DNA of 64,000 nucleotides, taken from the NCBI RefSeq assembly GCF_006345805.1, contig NC_043003.1:22258001-22322000 (forward strand), given 5' to 3'. This stretch comes from Octopus sinensis (taxonomy: Eukaryota). The number at the start of each line of letters is the position of its first letter. Positions within the stretch are counted from its first letter, which is position 1. Shown piece by piece: positions 12,971 to 26,327 of this stretch. The notes below the pieces were generated by a model. That model did not search any database. It was not told the origin of the DNA and saw only the letters and a list, made by a program, of their open reading frames with translations. The position numbers were made by a program, and so were the translations under genes.

Positions 12971-14207
12971 TATCCTGGATAGGTTCATAATGTTTTCCTG
13001 CTTCAGATCCAGTACTTCTCTATTAGTTCCAAATAACTTTAATCCGTTTGTTACTATATTTCTATTGAGATACTCTGTGTTTCAATTAATTTTAAATATA
13101 ACAAAGAATTTAGTGAAATAACTTAGTTATCATTAAGCAAGTGTTAGGAACATAAATTGTGACTAAGGTTGGGTGGAAGATTTTAATTCAGAACTTTTGA
13201 AACAAGACATTTGAACTACAGAGCCAGAGGCAGTTTCAGGCAAGTTGGTATCAAAAGGGTTAAAGATCTAAATAACTCTAAAAGATTAACCCTTTTGTGT
13301 TCAGATTATTCTGTTAAATGTAATACTTTTTCACTCAAATTATTTTTTATTTATCATGCATTATCTTATAGCTTTGCGGTTTCAATGATGTGATTGTTTA
13401 TTTTTAAAATGTCAGTGTAGGTTAGGTGTGAGAGGCCAGATATGGCCAGTTTGGATGCAAACATGTAGAATATTTGGACAGGACCTGTAGAAACTGTATC
13501 ATGTTAGAGCCATTTCAGCAATAAAAACCTGCGCAAAATCTGTTTTAATTCGCCTTTTGTTTGTTTGCTTGTTGAAGTGTCAAGAATTTTGTTGCACTAC
13601 TGCAGTTTGGTTCCTGGCATAATTCCATTGCTCACTACTTGTTGCATTACTGCGACCTGGTCACCGACACAGTTCCGCTGCTTGATGTAGAGAAAAAAAC
13701 TAGTTGTAAAATTTGGAATTAATAAGACGTGCCATTAACTTAGGTTCTTTTTCTGTTTTGTTGAAGAAGAGTCAAAGATGGATAGATAGATAGACAGACA
13801 GATATTTAGATAGATAGATAGAGAGAGAAGAAAGAACAACACTTGGAGAACAAGAGGAAGAAATAGGTACACTTTAGGGTGATGTAGGCACAAAGCACAT
13901 GTATCCTGATCAAATAGAAGGAGCAGGTGGTATATCAAATGACTGATAAGACTAGAGAAGAAAAGAGTTTTACTTTTTTGTTGTTTATGTTTTTATGATA
14001 TGTCATAGCAGTAGAATTGTGATATTGTTTGTCCAATGTCTAATTATGAAAGATAAGATCATAGTGCTTTGGGCTATTAATCTAATGTTTCAGGATCAGA
14101 AAATAGTTTGTCATTTTACATCTACAGTGTGTTTAGTGTCCACATTTTGTAAGCACGTGTGTGTGCAACATATATAGATTCATAATACATATGCACACAC
14201 AAGTATG

Positions 14208-14255
<48 letters not shown>

Positions 14256-15551
14256 ATGTCTGTGTATATGTATAATATGTCTGTTTTTATATGTGTGTGT
14301 GTGTGTATATGTCTGTTTTTATATATGTGTGTGTGTATATATATATATATATCTGTTTTTATATATGTATGTGTGTGTGTGTGTGTATATATAATGTATG
14401 TACTTTTAATTAAACCTGCAAAATTATCACAAATTTTACAGCTTTAAAAATCTATTACTCTAATTTGGTATTTGAGTACTATTTTTTCCACCTTGTTTTG
14501 CACTTTTGTGCTTGTGTGTGTGTGCATACACACACACACACACACACACAGGTGCAGGCATGGCTGTGTGGTTAAGATGCTCACTTTGCAACCATGTGGT
14601 TGCTGCAAGTGTCTTCTATGTTTACCCTGGACTGGCAAATGCCTTGAGTAGATGGAAACTGTGGAAGCCCATTGTGTGTGGCTTTGTCTGTTTGCTTTCT
14701 TCAGAATGCTTGATAACTGGTGTTGGTTTGTCTATATCCCATAACTTAACAGTTCAGCAAAGGACACTGATAGAATAAGTAACTGATAGAATGAGTACCA
14801 GAGTTAAAAAAAGAATAGATAGGTATTGGAGTTGTGTTTGACTAAAACCCTTAAAGGCTTACTGTCCAATGATTGAAACAAGTTAAAGATAAGATGCATG
14901 CACGTATGCACACAGAGGTACTTAGATAACTTTGCTAACAATGAATACATAACATAGGACTACATTATAACACAAATTCTAACTAAAGGAGGAAAATGTT
15001 AGTTGTTTAAACCACTTTCTTCTAGAATAAAGCACAAAAATAGAAGTCTTTTTGTGGAATCAATTTTTGATAGCCAAATATAGCAGTTGCTGTTAATGAC
15101 TCGACAGATGCATTATTGTATAAACTCCCAATATAGTGGAATCATAATTGCCAGCATCATAATCATCATTGTTTTAATGTCCACAAAGTCTTATGACTTT
15201 CTTCCTACTTCTCCTTCGGACTTCCTCTTGCCACCGGCACCTTTGACGCTGTGTGTGGCTTTTCTGTGTCTCAAAATAGACTTCTGAGGAGGATTAGGTT
15301 GGAGATAGCTTCACTGAAAATATTACTCAAAATTGTAGCAAACATTAGCTAACTCAGTTTAAATGTTAAATAAAATCTTATATTACACACACACACACAT
15401 GTATATATATGCATATACACATGTACATATATGTACACATGTATGTATACATACATATTATATATATATATATTATATATATATATATATATATAGATAC
15501 GTGTATATGCATACACATGCAAATGTATACACGTTTGTGTGTGTGTGTATG

Positions 15552-15613
<62 letters not shown>

Positions 15614-18600
15614 CAAATGTATACGCACACACACATGTACATACACACGCACACATTCGAATTTAGAAATTTCGAAAAATGGAAAGTAATTTGTATTTCA
15701 TGGTGAAACTCAAAAGTAGATGAAACTATCAAAAATAGCATATTTTTGTGCTAAAAAACCCTTTGGATAGAAAATGCCCATGGGACATGAACCCACTTAT
15801 TCTGGAAGCTTGACTGGTCTTTGAATTTTTCCATTCATAGTAATTTTCAACCACACACACATACACACAAAAGTAGTGAAGGTGCATGGCTCAGTGGTTA
15901 GAGCATCAGGCTTAAAATCATGAGGTTGTGTGTTCAATTCTTGGACTGAGCTGTGTGTTGTGTTCTTGAGCAAGACACTTTATTTCATGCTGCTCTAGTT
16001 ATGAGTTGCAACGTCACTGGTTCTAAGCTGTATTGGCCTTTGCCTTTCCCTTGGACAACATCAGTGCTATGCGTGTGTGACTGCTGATCTTCCATAAACA
16101 ACCTTGCTCAGATTTGTGCCTCGAAGAGGAACTTTCTCAGTGCAGTCCAATGGTCATTCATGACCAAAGGGGATCTTTACCCTTTTTACATATAGAACAC
16201 AAAATGTAATCAGTATTTATGCTTTATATATATATTTCTTTACTGCCCACAAGGGGTTAAACATAGAGGGGACAAACAAGGACAGACAAAACTGGTACTT
16301 TATTTATCGACCCCGAAAGGATGAAAGGCAAAGCCGACCTCAGTGGAATTTAAACTCAGAATGTAATGACAGACGAAATACGGCTATGCATTTCGCCCGG
16401 CGTGCTAACGTTTCTGCCAGCTCGCCGCCTTAATCAGTATTTATGATTTATATAATGCACATGTGTTTGAGAGAGCTTGCCACCATCTTTTGATTTTTAC
16501 CAAATTTACTCACAAAGCTTTGGTTGGTCAGGGGTTGTAGTAGAAGAGAAGTATACTTGCCTAAAGTGTTGCACAATAGAACTGAATCTGAAAGTATATG
16601 GCTGGGAAGAAAACTTCCTAATTACATAACCATGCTGCATTCTTATGTGTGTTTGTGCATGCATGAAGATGTATTGCTAATGGTGTGTGTGTGTGTATAT
16701 GTGTGCACCCATGCTGTGGAGTTATGGTTACTCTGACTGTGCTTCAACATTGCAGTGAAAGTTTAAATGACAAAGGTTTCATTTAAACCTCAATGAGAAA
16801 TCATTTGAGGACACCATCTGCAAAAAAAAAAAAAAAAAAAATTTAGTAATTAGTGTTTACAAATTGAAGGCAATGAGCATTAAAAAGCTATTTAAAAATA
16901 ATTATGTAGTGTGAAAAAGACAACATCAGGCTCAATATTTCTGACAGTTGAATTAACTGGGGCATGTAGAATTGCATTTTCTAAACAGCCTTATGAAAAT
17001 ACCAGCAGGAGATTTGAACACCTGGCATATTAGTTTGTAGTTCAAGGATTCATGTATATATATATATATTTGGCATCTTGCCTCTGTGTGTGTGTGTGTG
17101 TGTGTATGTGTGTGTGTGTGTGTCTCTGGCTTGCTGGCTGGCTGTGTGTACATCTGTGTGGATTAAATGCCTGCATGCATGCATGTGTATGCTTATGTAT
17201 GTATGTAGGTCTGATGTATGTGTGAATGTGTATGTTTTTCTATGTGCACAAAAAAAAAAAAATCCACATAGTTTATTTGGATCTTTATATTTTCTCTTCC
17301 TTCATTCTTTATAATATATTTAGATTCTGATTTAATGCATGCTTGCGCACGCATACACACAGACACACACAATTTATATATATTATGTATGTATTTATTT
17401 ATCTATATTTGTGTGCATTTATACATATGTATTTATATGTGTATGTGTGTGTACAGCTGTGTGGGTGCATATTCCTCTTACTACTGCATTTCTCATCCTC
17501 CTTGTCCCTAACAAGTGCCAAACTTGTAAATTAACAGTTGTTAGTGTATCATCCATCACCTGCATATTAGCTTAGGGTGATACACCTCTTATTAATTGCA
17601 CGGTGTCGGAAAGAAGGAAGCTATTTTTCCATGGATGAACTATAATTTATTAACCTAATGGAAGTACCATGGAATTGGGGTAAGTGAAATTCCAATGAGA
17701 TGAATATGTGGATATGTTTTTCAAGTCTTGAGACTTAGTTTTCAAATGTGAAACTTGTTTATTCAAATTTGCGATACATGTTTGGCACAAGTTGTGAGTA
17801 CAATTTTTTTAATGTTTTTTATGTTGTGAATGCATGTTTGCCAAGTTGTGAAGACACATTTTCCAAGTCATAAGAGATTTTTCTGTTGTGTTCAATTTTA
17901 TTTTGTTTTCAATTCAATGTACTTTGTTTTTGTATTTGACCACAAGAACATTTCATTGAATCCCAGGCTGCAGTATTGAATTACTACAGAGATAGTTGAT
18001 AGAAGAATTGGCAGGCTGCTTAACAAAATGCTTGCAATATTAAGGTTATATCCCCTGTGTTCCTAGTTCAAATCTTGGCCGGGTCAGTTTTACCATTTAT
18101 CCTTCCAGGTACTGAAATGAATTTAATTGTCTGTGATGTTTTTCCCCAAATGTGTGGCCTTGTACCATTGTTGCTCCTTATGCAATAAAATGTGTGATAA
18201 AACTGATTTTGTACTGCAAGAACTGTAAATTTTGGTTAAGGGATTGCAGACAGAGTTGATCCTGGCAGGATTTTACTCTTTGACACCAACTCTCCCGAGG
18301 CCAGCCCTGGTTTTATGATGCAAACTTCCTGTTTAAAGTGATCTAAAATAATATCTTCCATAAAATTTCACATTAATTTATATTCCAAACACCACCTTAA
18401 TAACAACAAAATTATTCTATCAAATTCTTTATTTTTTTTTATCGAAAGTAATTGAACCAAAGATGTGTGTAAACAAAAATAGGATAACGAAAGGGTTGAA
18501 CTAAAAGTATTCAAGGACACAACTAAATTCTGCAACATAGTTTGTCTGACAGTTTACCAATTCTATTGTATACTGGTTTTATAATATTTAATATTAATAA

Positions 18601-18705
18601 TAGCCGGTTATCGGTAGGGTATCCACTTACATCAAAAATCTCTGATGAGAGGAAAAAATTTACAGGTAGTTTATTAGACAGTTTAACTGTGTACCACATT
18701 GAATA

Positions 18706-19160
18706 TTATTACCTCTGCCTTAGCAGAGGTGTGTTTTCAGTTGCGTTTGCTTGCTTGTTTGTCCATGGACGAGATACCTCAAGAACTGCCGGATGGATTC
18801 GAATGAAACTTTCAGGAATGTTTGGCCTCGTCACTGGCACGAGCTGATTAGTCAGAGATGATTTTTAAAATGAGAATATCTGAAATAAACTTGACTGCTC
18901 TCACAAATGAGAATACTAAAAATGAATCAGACCACTCTCAAAAATTAAGTAAAAAAATCAGAAAAATAATCCAGAATCCTTGTCTGGTACCAGATCGATC
19001 TCAAAATCTAATCAGTTTGTGCCAGTCACAAGGCCAAACATCTCGGAAAGTTTCATCCAAATCCATATGGCGGTTCTTGAGATATGTTGTCCACGGACAA
19101 ACAAATAGACAAACATGACGGGAAACAATACCTCTACCTTTGCTAAGGCAGGGGTAATAA
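18706..19160. mobile_element. Foldback non-autonomous DNA element with ~150-bp imperfect terminal inverted repeats
   Basis: 18706-18851 is the imperfect reverse complement of 19008-19160. The left end carries the hairpin ACCTCTGC-CTTA-GCAGAGGT. Superfamily not assigned. Confidence 0.85.
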
Positions 19161-19642
19161 TCCTTTCTACTATAAGCACAAGGCTTGAAATTTTGGTGGA
19201 GGAGTTAAGTCGATTACATCGACCCCCCCCCCTCCAGGTTCTCAACTGGTACTTGTTTTATCAATCTCGAAAGGATTAAAGGCAAAGTCAACCTCAGTGC
19301 TATTTGAACTCAGAACGTGAAGACAGACAAAATACCGAGAAGCATTTTGCCCTGTGTGCTAATGATTCTGCTACCTCACTGTCTTGAAATCAATATCAAG
19401 TAATGGCTGGTTATACAGGTAGAGCATCCATCCTCTCAAAAATCTCTGGCAAGAGAGGTAAAATAAAAAAGATTGACATATAGGCATAGGAGTGGCTGTG
19501 TGGTAAGTAGCTTGCTTACCAACCACATGGTTTTGGGTTCAGTCCCACTGTGTGGCACCTTGGGCAAGTGTCTTCTACTATAGCCTTGGGCCAACCAAAG
19601 CCTTGTCAATGGATTTGGTAGATGGAAACTGAAAGAAGCCTG

Positions 19643-19681
<39 letters not shown>

Positions 19682-20388
19682 TGTGTTTGTCCCCCCAACA
19701 TCGCTTGACAACCGATGCTGGTGTGTTTACATCCCCGTGACTTAGCGGTTCGGCAAAAGAGACCAATAGAATAAGTACTAGGCTTCCAAAGAATAAGTCT
19801 TGGGGTTGATTTGCTCGACTAAAGGTGGTGCTCCAGCATGGCCACAGTCAGATGACTGAAACAAGTTTAAGAGTAAAGAGAGTATATTTGAAAACAAACT
19901 TGGCCAGGTTTCTGTATTGCTGTGTTGATTGAATGATGAAGAACTCCACCTAGTGGTGAGGTACTTTCAAACCTATTCAACTCATGTTAGCCTGAGAAAA
20001 CAGATGTAAAATGACATTGATATTTATAAATTTGTTTCAAATATAGGCAGGCATGGAATTATAAATTTGTCATGAGAGGTAAGTTGGTTAAATAATTGAC
20101 CCCAATATTTGAGTGGTATGTTTTTGTTTATCAAACCCCTTCTCAGAGAAATGTAGAAATAGAGAAACGCACATCTGCTTAATTGCTTATAATGAATGTA
20201 CTTTTATTCTGACTTAGCAGGACTACTAACTCGGGTTCAGTCCCACTGCGTGGCACTTTGGTTAGGTGTCTTCCACTATAGCCCCGAGCCGACCGGAGCT
20301 TTGTGATTGAATTCGGTAGGTGGAAGTTACTGCCGTGTGTGTATGTGTGCGTATAGCTGCTCAGTGCCTCTCCGAAAGAGAGAGAGGG

Positions 20389-20447
<59 letters not shown>

Positions 20448-20449
<2 letters not shown>

Positions 20450-20835
20450 TAGCACTATGACCCGGCGTTGCCAGGTCATAGTGCTAGTGCATGCATATAT
20501 AGCTGCGTGTGTGTGCACATACACAAGAGTACTGTCCAAATCTCCGACCAATCGCATACACCTAGCTGGCATTCAATTGGCATATCAAGTTTTGGGCATT
20601 TTGATTGGGTTTTGGGTAGAAAATTCACAAAAATGTCACTTCTATTGATTTCTTAATGGCTTTGCGGTGTGACTGGGGAAATGTAAATATGTGCACGACC
20701 ACCCTTGGACGGTTTTGAATGACCATAGAAAGTGCGAGCCCTCTAACTGAAAAATTGTGGATTTGTATAAAGGGGGGGGGGACACACACACACACACACA
20801 CAGACAGACATTTTGCTGTTTATATACAGAGAGAT
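20448..20835 (+). mobile_element. Non-autonomous Helitron/Helentron-like element
   Basis: 5' ACTAGC...ACCCGGC start with a perfect 15-bp hairpin. Subterminal (CA)n/gacagaca microsatellite, then ttttgctgtttatatacagagagat. This layout resembles Lep1/DINE-type elements. Confidence 0.55.
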
Positions 20836-21259
20836 ATAGTCACAGGTGTCGCTGTGTGTTAAGAAGCTTGCTTCCCAACCACATGGTGCCTACTGCATGA
20901 CACCTTGGGCAAATGTCTTCTATAGCCTTGGGCAGACCAAAACCTTGTGAGTGAATTTAGTAGACGGAAACTGAAAGAAGCCCATTGTATGTATGTGTGT
21001 GTGTGTGTGTGTGTATATATACACAAACATACACATATATATTTTTGTGTCTCTGTTTCTCCTCCCCACCATCACTTGACAATTGATGTTGGTGTGTTTA
21101 CATCTCTGTAACTTAGCAGTTTGGCAACAGAGACCAATAGAATAAGAACTAGGTTTACAAAGAATAAGTCCTGGGCTGGATTTGTTCAATTAAAAATCCC
21201 TTTAAGGGAGTGCTCAGCATGGCTGCAGTCAAATGACTGAAATAAGTGAAAGAATATAT

Positions 21260-21293
<34 letters not shown>

Positions 21294-23590
21294 TTCGCAT
21301 ACCATTTTAATTATATTGTTACTAATGGTTTTGTTTTAAACGTGGTGTGGTGTTAAAACAAACACATACAGTGACACTGACACAGAAAAATGCACCTAAA
21401 TGCACACACAACTATACATATTAATACACATGTACACACACATACACACTCACACACACACACACACACACAAACGATAAATTTCTGTGCCTACCAAATT
21501 CCATTCATAAGTTATTTGTCAACCTTGGGTCCAAGACACTCTGTGTACTGCACAGTGGGAATGAAATCTGAACTGTATGGTTGCAAAGCGAACTTCGTAA
21601 CCACATAGCCACGCCTATGCCTGATGTATATATGTGCGCATACAATAATTTCGACTGTTTAAATAAACACACCATTATGTATGTTTATTAGGCCGAGACT
21701 TTGCTTGGTGGCTGTGTTTGTTGATAAAATGGCTTATCTATTTGCGTATTTTGTGTTATGTATGTGTATATGTGTATATAAATGTACGCTTATGTATGCT
21801 TATGTATATATATGTGTATGGGAAAGGGGTGGTTGGCTGTGTATATGTGCATATATATGTACGTGTGTGTGTGATTGCATAATTTTTATTTGCTTCAGCT
21901 AATTCAGTATATATAAATATATCTACAATATAAATGAATGATGTTATCGGACGGTCTTTTTCTGTCACTGGGAACTAAGCCATGCGTCTGTTGTCGCTAA
22001 CTAGAGAAAGAAGTATTTTAACTATTACACTACTAGGACAACTTTGTGGCCTTTTGTTAATAACTGTATATATATTCATATCCTGCAACTGTTAATGCAT
22101 TTTGTTTTGAACATATCTCCCCCACTCCTTTTAATCTACATTCATAACTCTAAGTCAACTTTTGTTCATTTAGTTATTGTTATTAGGTTACTATACTGTA
22201 GTCTAAAATGAGTTGACATTGGCAATTATTATTCTTGTTGTTGTTGTTACTGCCACTACCACCAGGCTAGCAGTTCCGAGGGGAAGATATTAGTTGGTTA
22301 CATTGACTCCAATATTTGGCTTATTCTTTCCTATTGTCCTCGAAAGGATGAGAAGCGGAGTTGACTTAGGCAAGATTTGAACTTGGAATACTCTTTTACT
22401 TGTTTCAGTCATTTGTCTGTGGCCATGCTGGAGCACCGCCTTTAGTCGAGCAAATTGACCCCAGGACTTATTCTCTGTAAGCCTAGTACTTATTCTATCG
22501 GTCTCTTTTGTCAAACTGCTAAGTTACGGGAATGTAAACACACCATCGGTTATCAAGCGATGTCAGGGGGGACAAACACAGACACACAAACACACTCACA
22601 CGTACTTATATACATACATACATATATATATATATGATGGGCTTCTTTCAGTTTCCGTCTACCAAATCCACTCAAGGCTTTGGTCAGCCCGAGGCTAGAG
22701 TAGAAGACACTTGCCCAAGGTGCCATGCAGTCGGACTGAACCCAGAACCATGTGGTTGATAAGCAAGCTACTTACCACACAGCCACTCATGCGGAATGTA
22801 AAGAACTGGAAAAAATGCTGCTAAGCATTTTGTCCAATATGCTAACAACTCTGCCAGCGCACTGCTTTTTAATAGTTTCAAATTTTAGCTCAGGGCCAGC
22901 AATTTTGAGGGAAGGAGGAAAATCAATTACATTGACCCCAGTACTTGTATTGGTCCAGAAAAAAAGGAAGACAAAGTTGACTTCAGTACGATTTGAACTC
23001 GGAATGTAATAAGATGGAAGAAATACTGCCAAGCATTTTATCTGACACACTAGCAATTCTGCCAACATGCTGCCTTGGTGGTGGTGGTAATAATGATGAT
23101 AATATTAATAATAATAATAATAATAATAATGGTTTCAAATTTTAGCACAAGGCCAGCAAGTTCAGGTGATGGGCTTATATCGATTACATTGACCCCAATG
23201 TTCAATTGGTACTTATTTACCTTGTCTCTGAAAGGCAAAGTTGACCTCTACTGGATTTGAACTCAGAACGTAAAGACTGACAAAATGTTGCTAAGCATTT
23301 TGCTCGGCTTGATAATGATTCTGCCAGCTTGCCTTAATGATAGGATTTCTGTATTAACCACTAAAGTTGACAAAAACATTGGGGACAGTACAGGAAAATT
23401 GAAGCAAGAAATAATTCCCCCAGAATGGGGCAGACCTCTGTGTCCTACTGATGGAAACAACACAATACTACAGTCACCTTGATTCCCGTTGTCCTCCTCT
23501 AGACTTCAGGCACATTCTTAGAGCAGGCCAGCTCACCCGAACCATGCTTTCTACTTGTCCACCTCTCAACAAATTTGTGGTAAGGTAGAA

Positions 23591-23925
23591 GTGAAGGTAC
23601 ATGGCTCAGTGATTAGAGCATTGGGCTCACAATCATGAGGTAGTGAGTTCGACTCTCGGACTGGGCTGTGTGTTGTGTTCTTGAGCAAGACCCTTCATTT
23701 CACATTGCTCCAGTTCATTCAGTTATAGAAATGAGTTGTAATGTCACTGGTGCCAAGCTGTATCTACCTTTGCCTTTCTCTTGGATAACATTGGTGGCAT
23801 GGAGAGGGGAGGCTGGTATGCATGGGCGACAGCTGGCCTGCCATAAACGACTTTGCGCAGGCTTGTGCCTTGAGGGGAATTTTCTAGGTGCATTTTCATG
23901 GTCATACATAACCGAAGGAAGTCCT
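23591..23925 (+). mobile_element. tRNA-derived SINE family C; second copy 15878-16185
   Basis: Head GAAGGTRCATGGCTCAGTG...GAGTTCGACTC and TTGAGCAAGAC domain; the two copies align end to end. Confidence 0.85.
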
Positions 23926-25442
23926 AGAGCTTCCATCTCTGTGCTTATTGTGTACAGTTCTCAGGTGCACTTCATGTTGTCAGGAAGGGGTAAAAGAGGG
24001 AACAACAGGTGGTAATAAGTTGGATAAAGAAAGCCAACAATACATGTATAGTATACAGGTTAAAACACAAAAAGGACAGAAAAGTGAACAGTAAAAGACA
24101 TGAAGAGAAAAAGGTGCATAAGCAGGTCAGGAGTAGTGTTGGCAAATTTTGAGAATCTAACTTGCATTGAGTTCTATCCCAAACATTAATTGATATGTGA
24201 GATGTCATGTAAATAATTTAATACATATAAAATTAGGGGATTGTATAATTTGCTAAGTCAGTATCATGTTGAATGACTGGTTGAGAATGGTCAACTGTTC
24301 TGTCACTGGAACTTGGTGTTGTGTCCTCCTTTACTCACATTAGGAAATTTCAACTCAAAGTGCTTCTTAAAGTGGGTGGTACTGCCCACTGGAGGTGCAG
24401 CGGAGAATTTTATAATGGGAACTGGGAACAATGAGGGCAGCAGGGGTGGGTGGAGAGGTGATAGATGTGTCTGTGCAGTTTTTTTTTTGCTTTTGTCTAC
24501 TATTTTTAAGTATTCTTTGTTGTCAGCAACCGAACAACTACGCATTCACCAGCTGAGCAAGCATGTCAGCTGTTGCACGGAGAGGATATTGCACTTTCAA
24601 GCCTTTCACTGAACATGCGTCAACATGCTATTGGTTGTTCTCTCATGCAAGCATTATGTATATTGTGTGGGTTGCTACTGGGTAGTAATATTAATTTTTT
24701 CTTGTATTTCTTTACTTCTCCTTTGGTAACAGTTGTGCGGTTATACAGTGAGGAGGTGTGGACATTTTTTTACTGTCAATGTCTTCATATTCTCTCAATA
24801 GGCAAACTGTTTTACCCTGAGTGCATCAATTTTTTGGGAAGCTTGGGATGGATTTCATTTCTTTTATTTGTCAGGGATTCAGTCTTCAATAGTTCAGCAG
24901 ATTTGAGCTGACATTATATATAATTGTTACATATAACAATCATCATAGTTTAATGTCTGTTCTCCATGCTGGCATCTTATATATAGCGATCATAAGTTGT
25001 ATATATCTGGTGCAGCTTACCAGTTTTAGTTGAACCATCTAACCCATGCTAGCATGGAAAGCAGACACTAAATGATGATGATTATTTATTTATATATATA
25101 TATATATATATGTGTGATCACCGTGACTAACCAGGCTATCAGATGTTGGTACACATCGCTGGTCACAATGCGCTTTGAATTTTAGCCTTCAAATGATGCC
25201 ATCCCGCTGGCTAAGCGAGCAGGCCAACAGAAGAAAGAGCGAGAGAAAGTTAAGGCAAAAGAGTACAGCAGGGATCGCTACCACCTCCTGCCGGAGCCTC
25301 GAAGAGCTTTAGGTGTTTTCGCTCAATAAACACTCACAATGCTTGGTCTGGGAATCGAAACCACAATCCTATGACCGCGAGTCTGCTTCCCTAATCACTG
25401 GGCCATTGCGCCTCCACGCATGCATGCACGCATGTTTGCACG

Positions 25443-25479
<37 letters not shown>

Positions 25480-26274
25480 AAATTTCTAAACAAACTTTTT
25501 AGATTGATCTGAAATGATAGTAACATTTAAAAAGTTCCAAGTTCAATATAGTTTAGTCCTTTAGTAGTCAGATTACTTTGTTAAATGTATTGCTTGTATA
25601 TTCACATTGTTTTCAGTTAGTCATGCGTTATCTTGTGGCTTCAGTATTTCAGTGGTGTGTTTATATATTTTTAGAATGACATTGTAGGATAGGTGCAAGA
25701 TGCTGGATCTAGTCAATTTGCATGTAAAACAGCTAGAATATTTTGGGTCAGATATGGCTAGTTTAAATGCTAAAGGGTTAAGTTATTGCTTGTATTGAAG
25801 CCCTTTAGTTTTCATTCTCTGTGATTCCCTCATCTTTTGCTCTGTCCTTCTTTAAACTTTTACTTTGTCATTTCAAATCACCAGTTAATTTATGCTAACT
25901 ATTTTATTGACATTATTATATGGAAATTAATGATAATTCCTGTGTCATAAGGAAAACAGAATTTTGTCAGTGAACATGTCGCGGTCTCAAAGCGACGAAA
26001 ATATTTTGACATATTAAATTTAAATGTTGAAGTGAATCTAATGGATTTTGTGTGTGTCTTAAATGGCTTATAAACACCTTCCATGCTGCAATTGTTTTCG
26101 CTCCAACACACGATCTCAGATCAGGTTACTTGCTATGCAAGTACATCTCCGTAATATTTTAGCATTAAATGTTTAAAAGTTATTTCATAACAACAATAAT
26201 GCTGGGTTGTTGTGAAAATGTTGGAGGATTACTATGATGGTAGAATGTAAGGATTATTAAGGAGACTGTAGTGA

Positions 26275-26327
<53 letters not shown>

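Noticed and set aside
14161-15741. YI/CV/HT-rich ORFs here and at 33.6, 40.0, 41.0, 47.6 and 62.2 kb
   Set aside because: Translations of (TA)n, (TG)n and (CA)n microsatellites.
18641-18660. CTGATGAG at ~18642 as a hammerhead core
   Set aside because: No pairable stem II or GAAAC follows.
25960-26155. Possible fourth Penelope-type terminus or ribozyme
   Set aside because: It looks repeat-like, but no CTGANGA core with matching stems could be identified.
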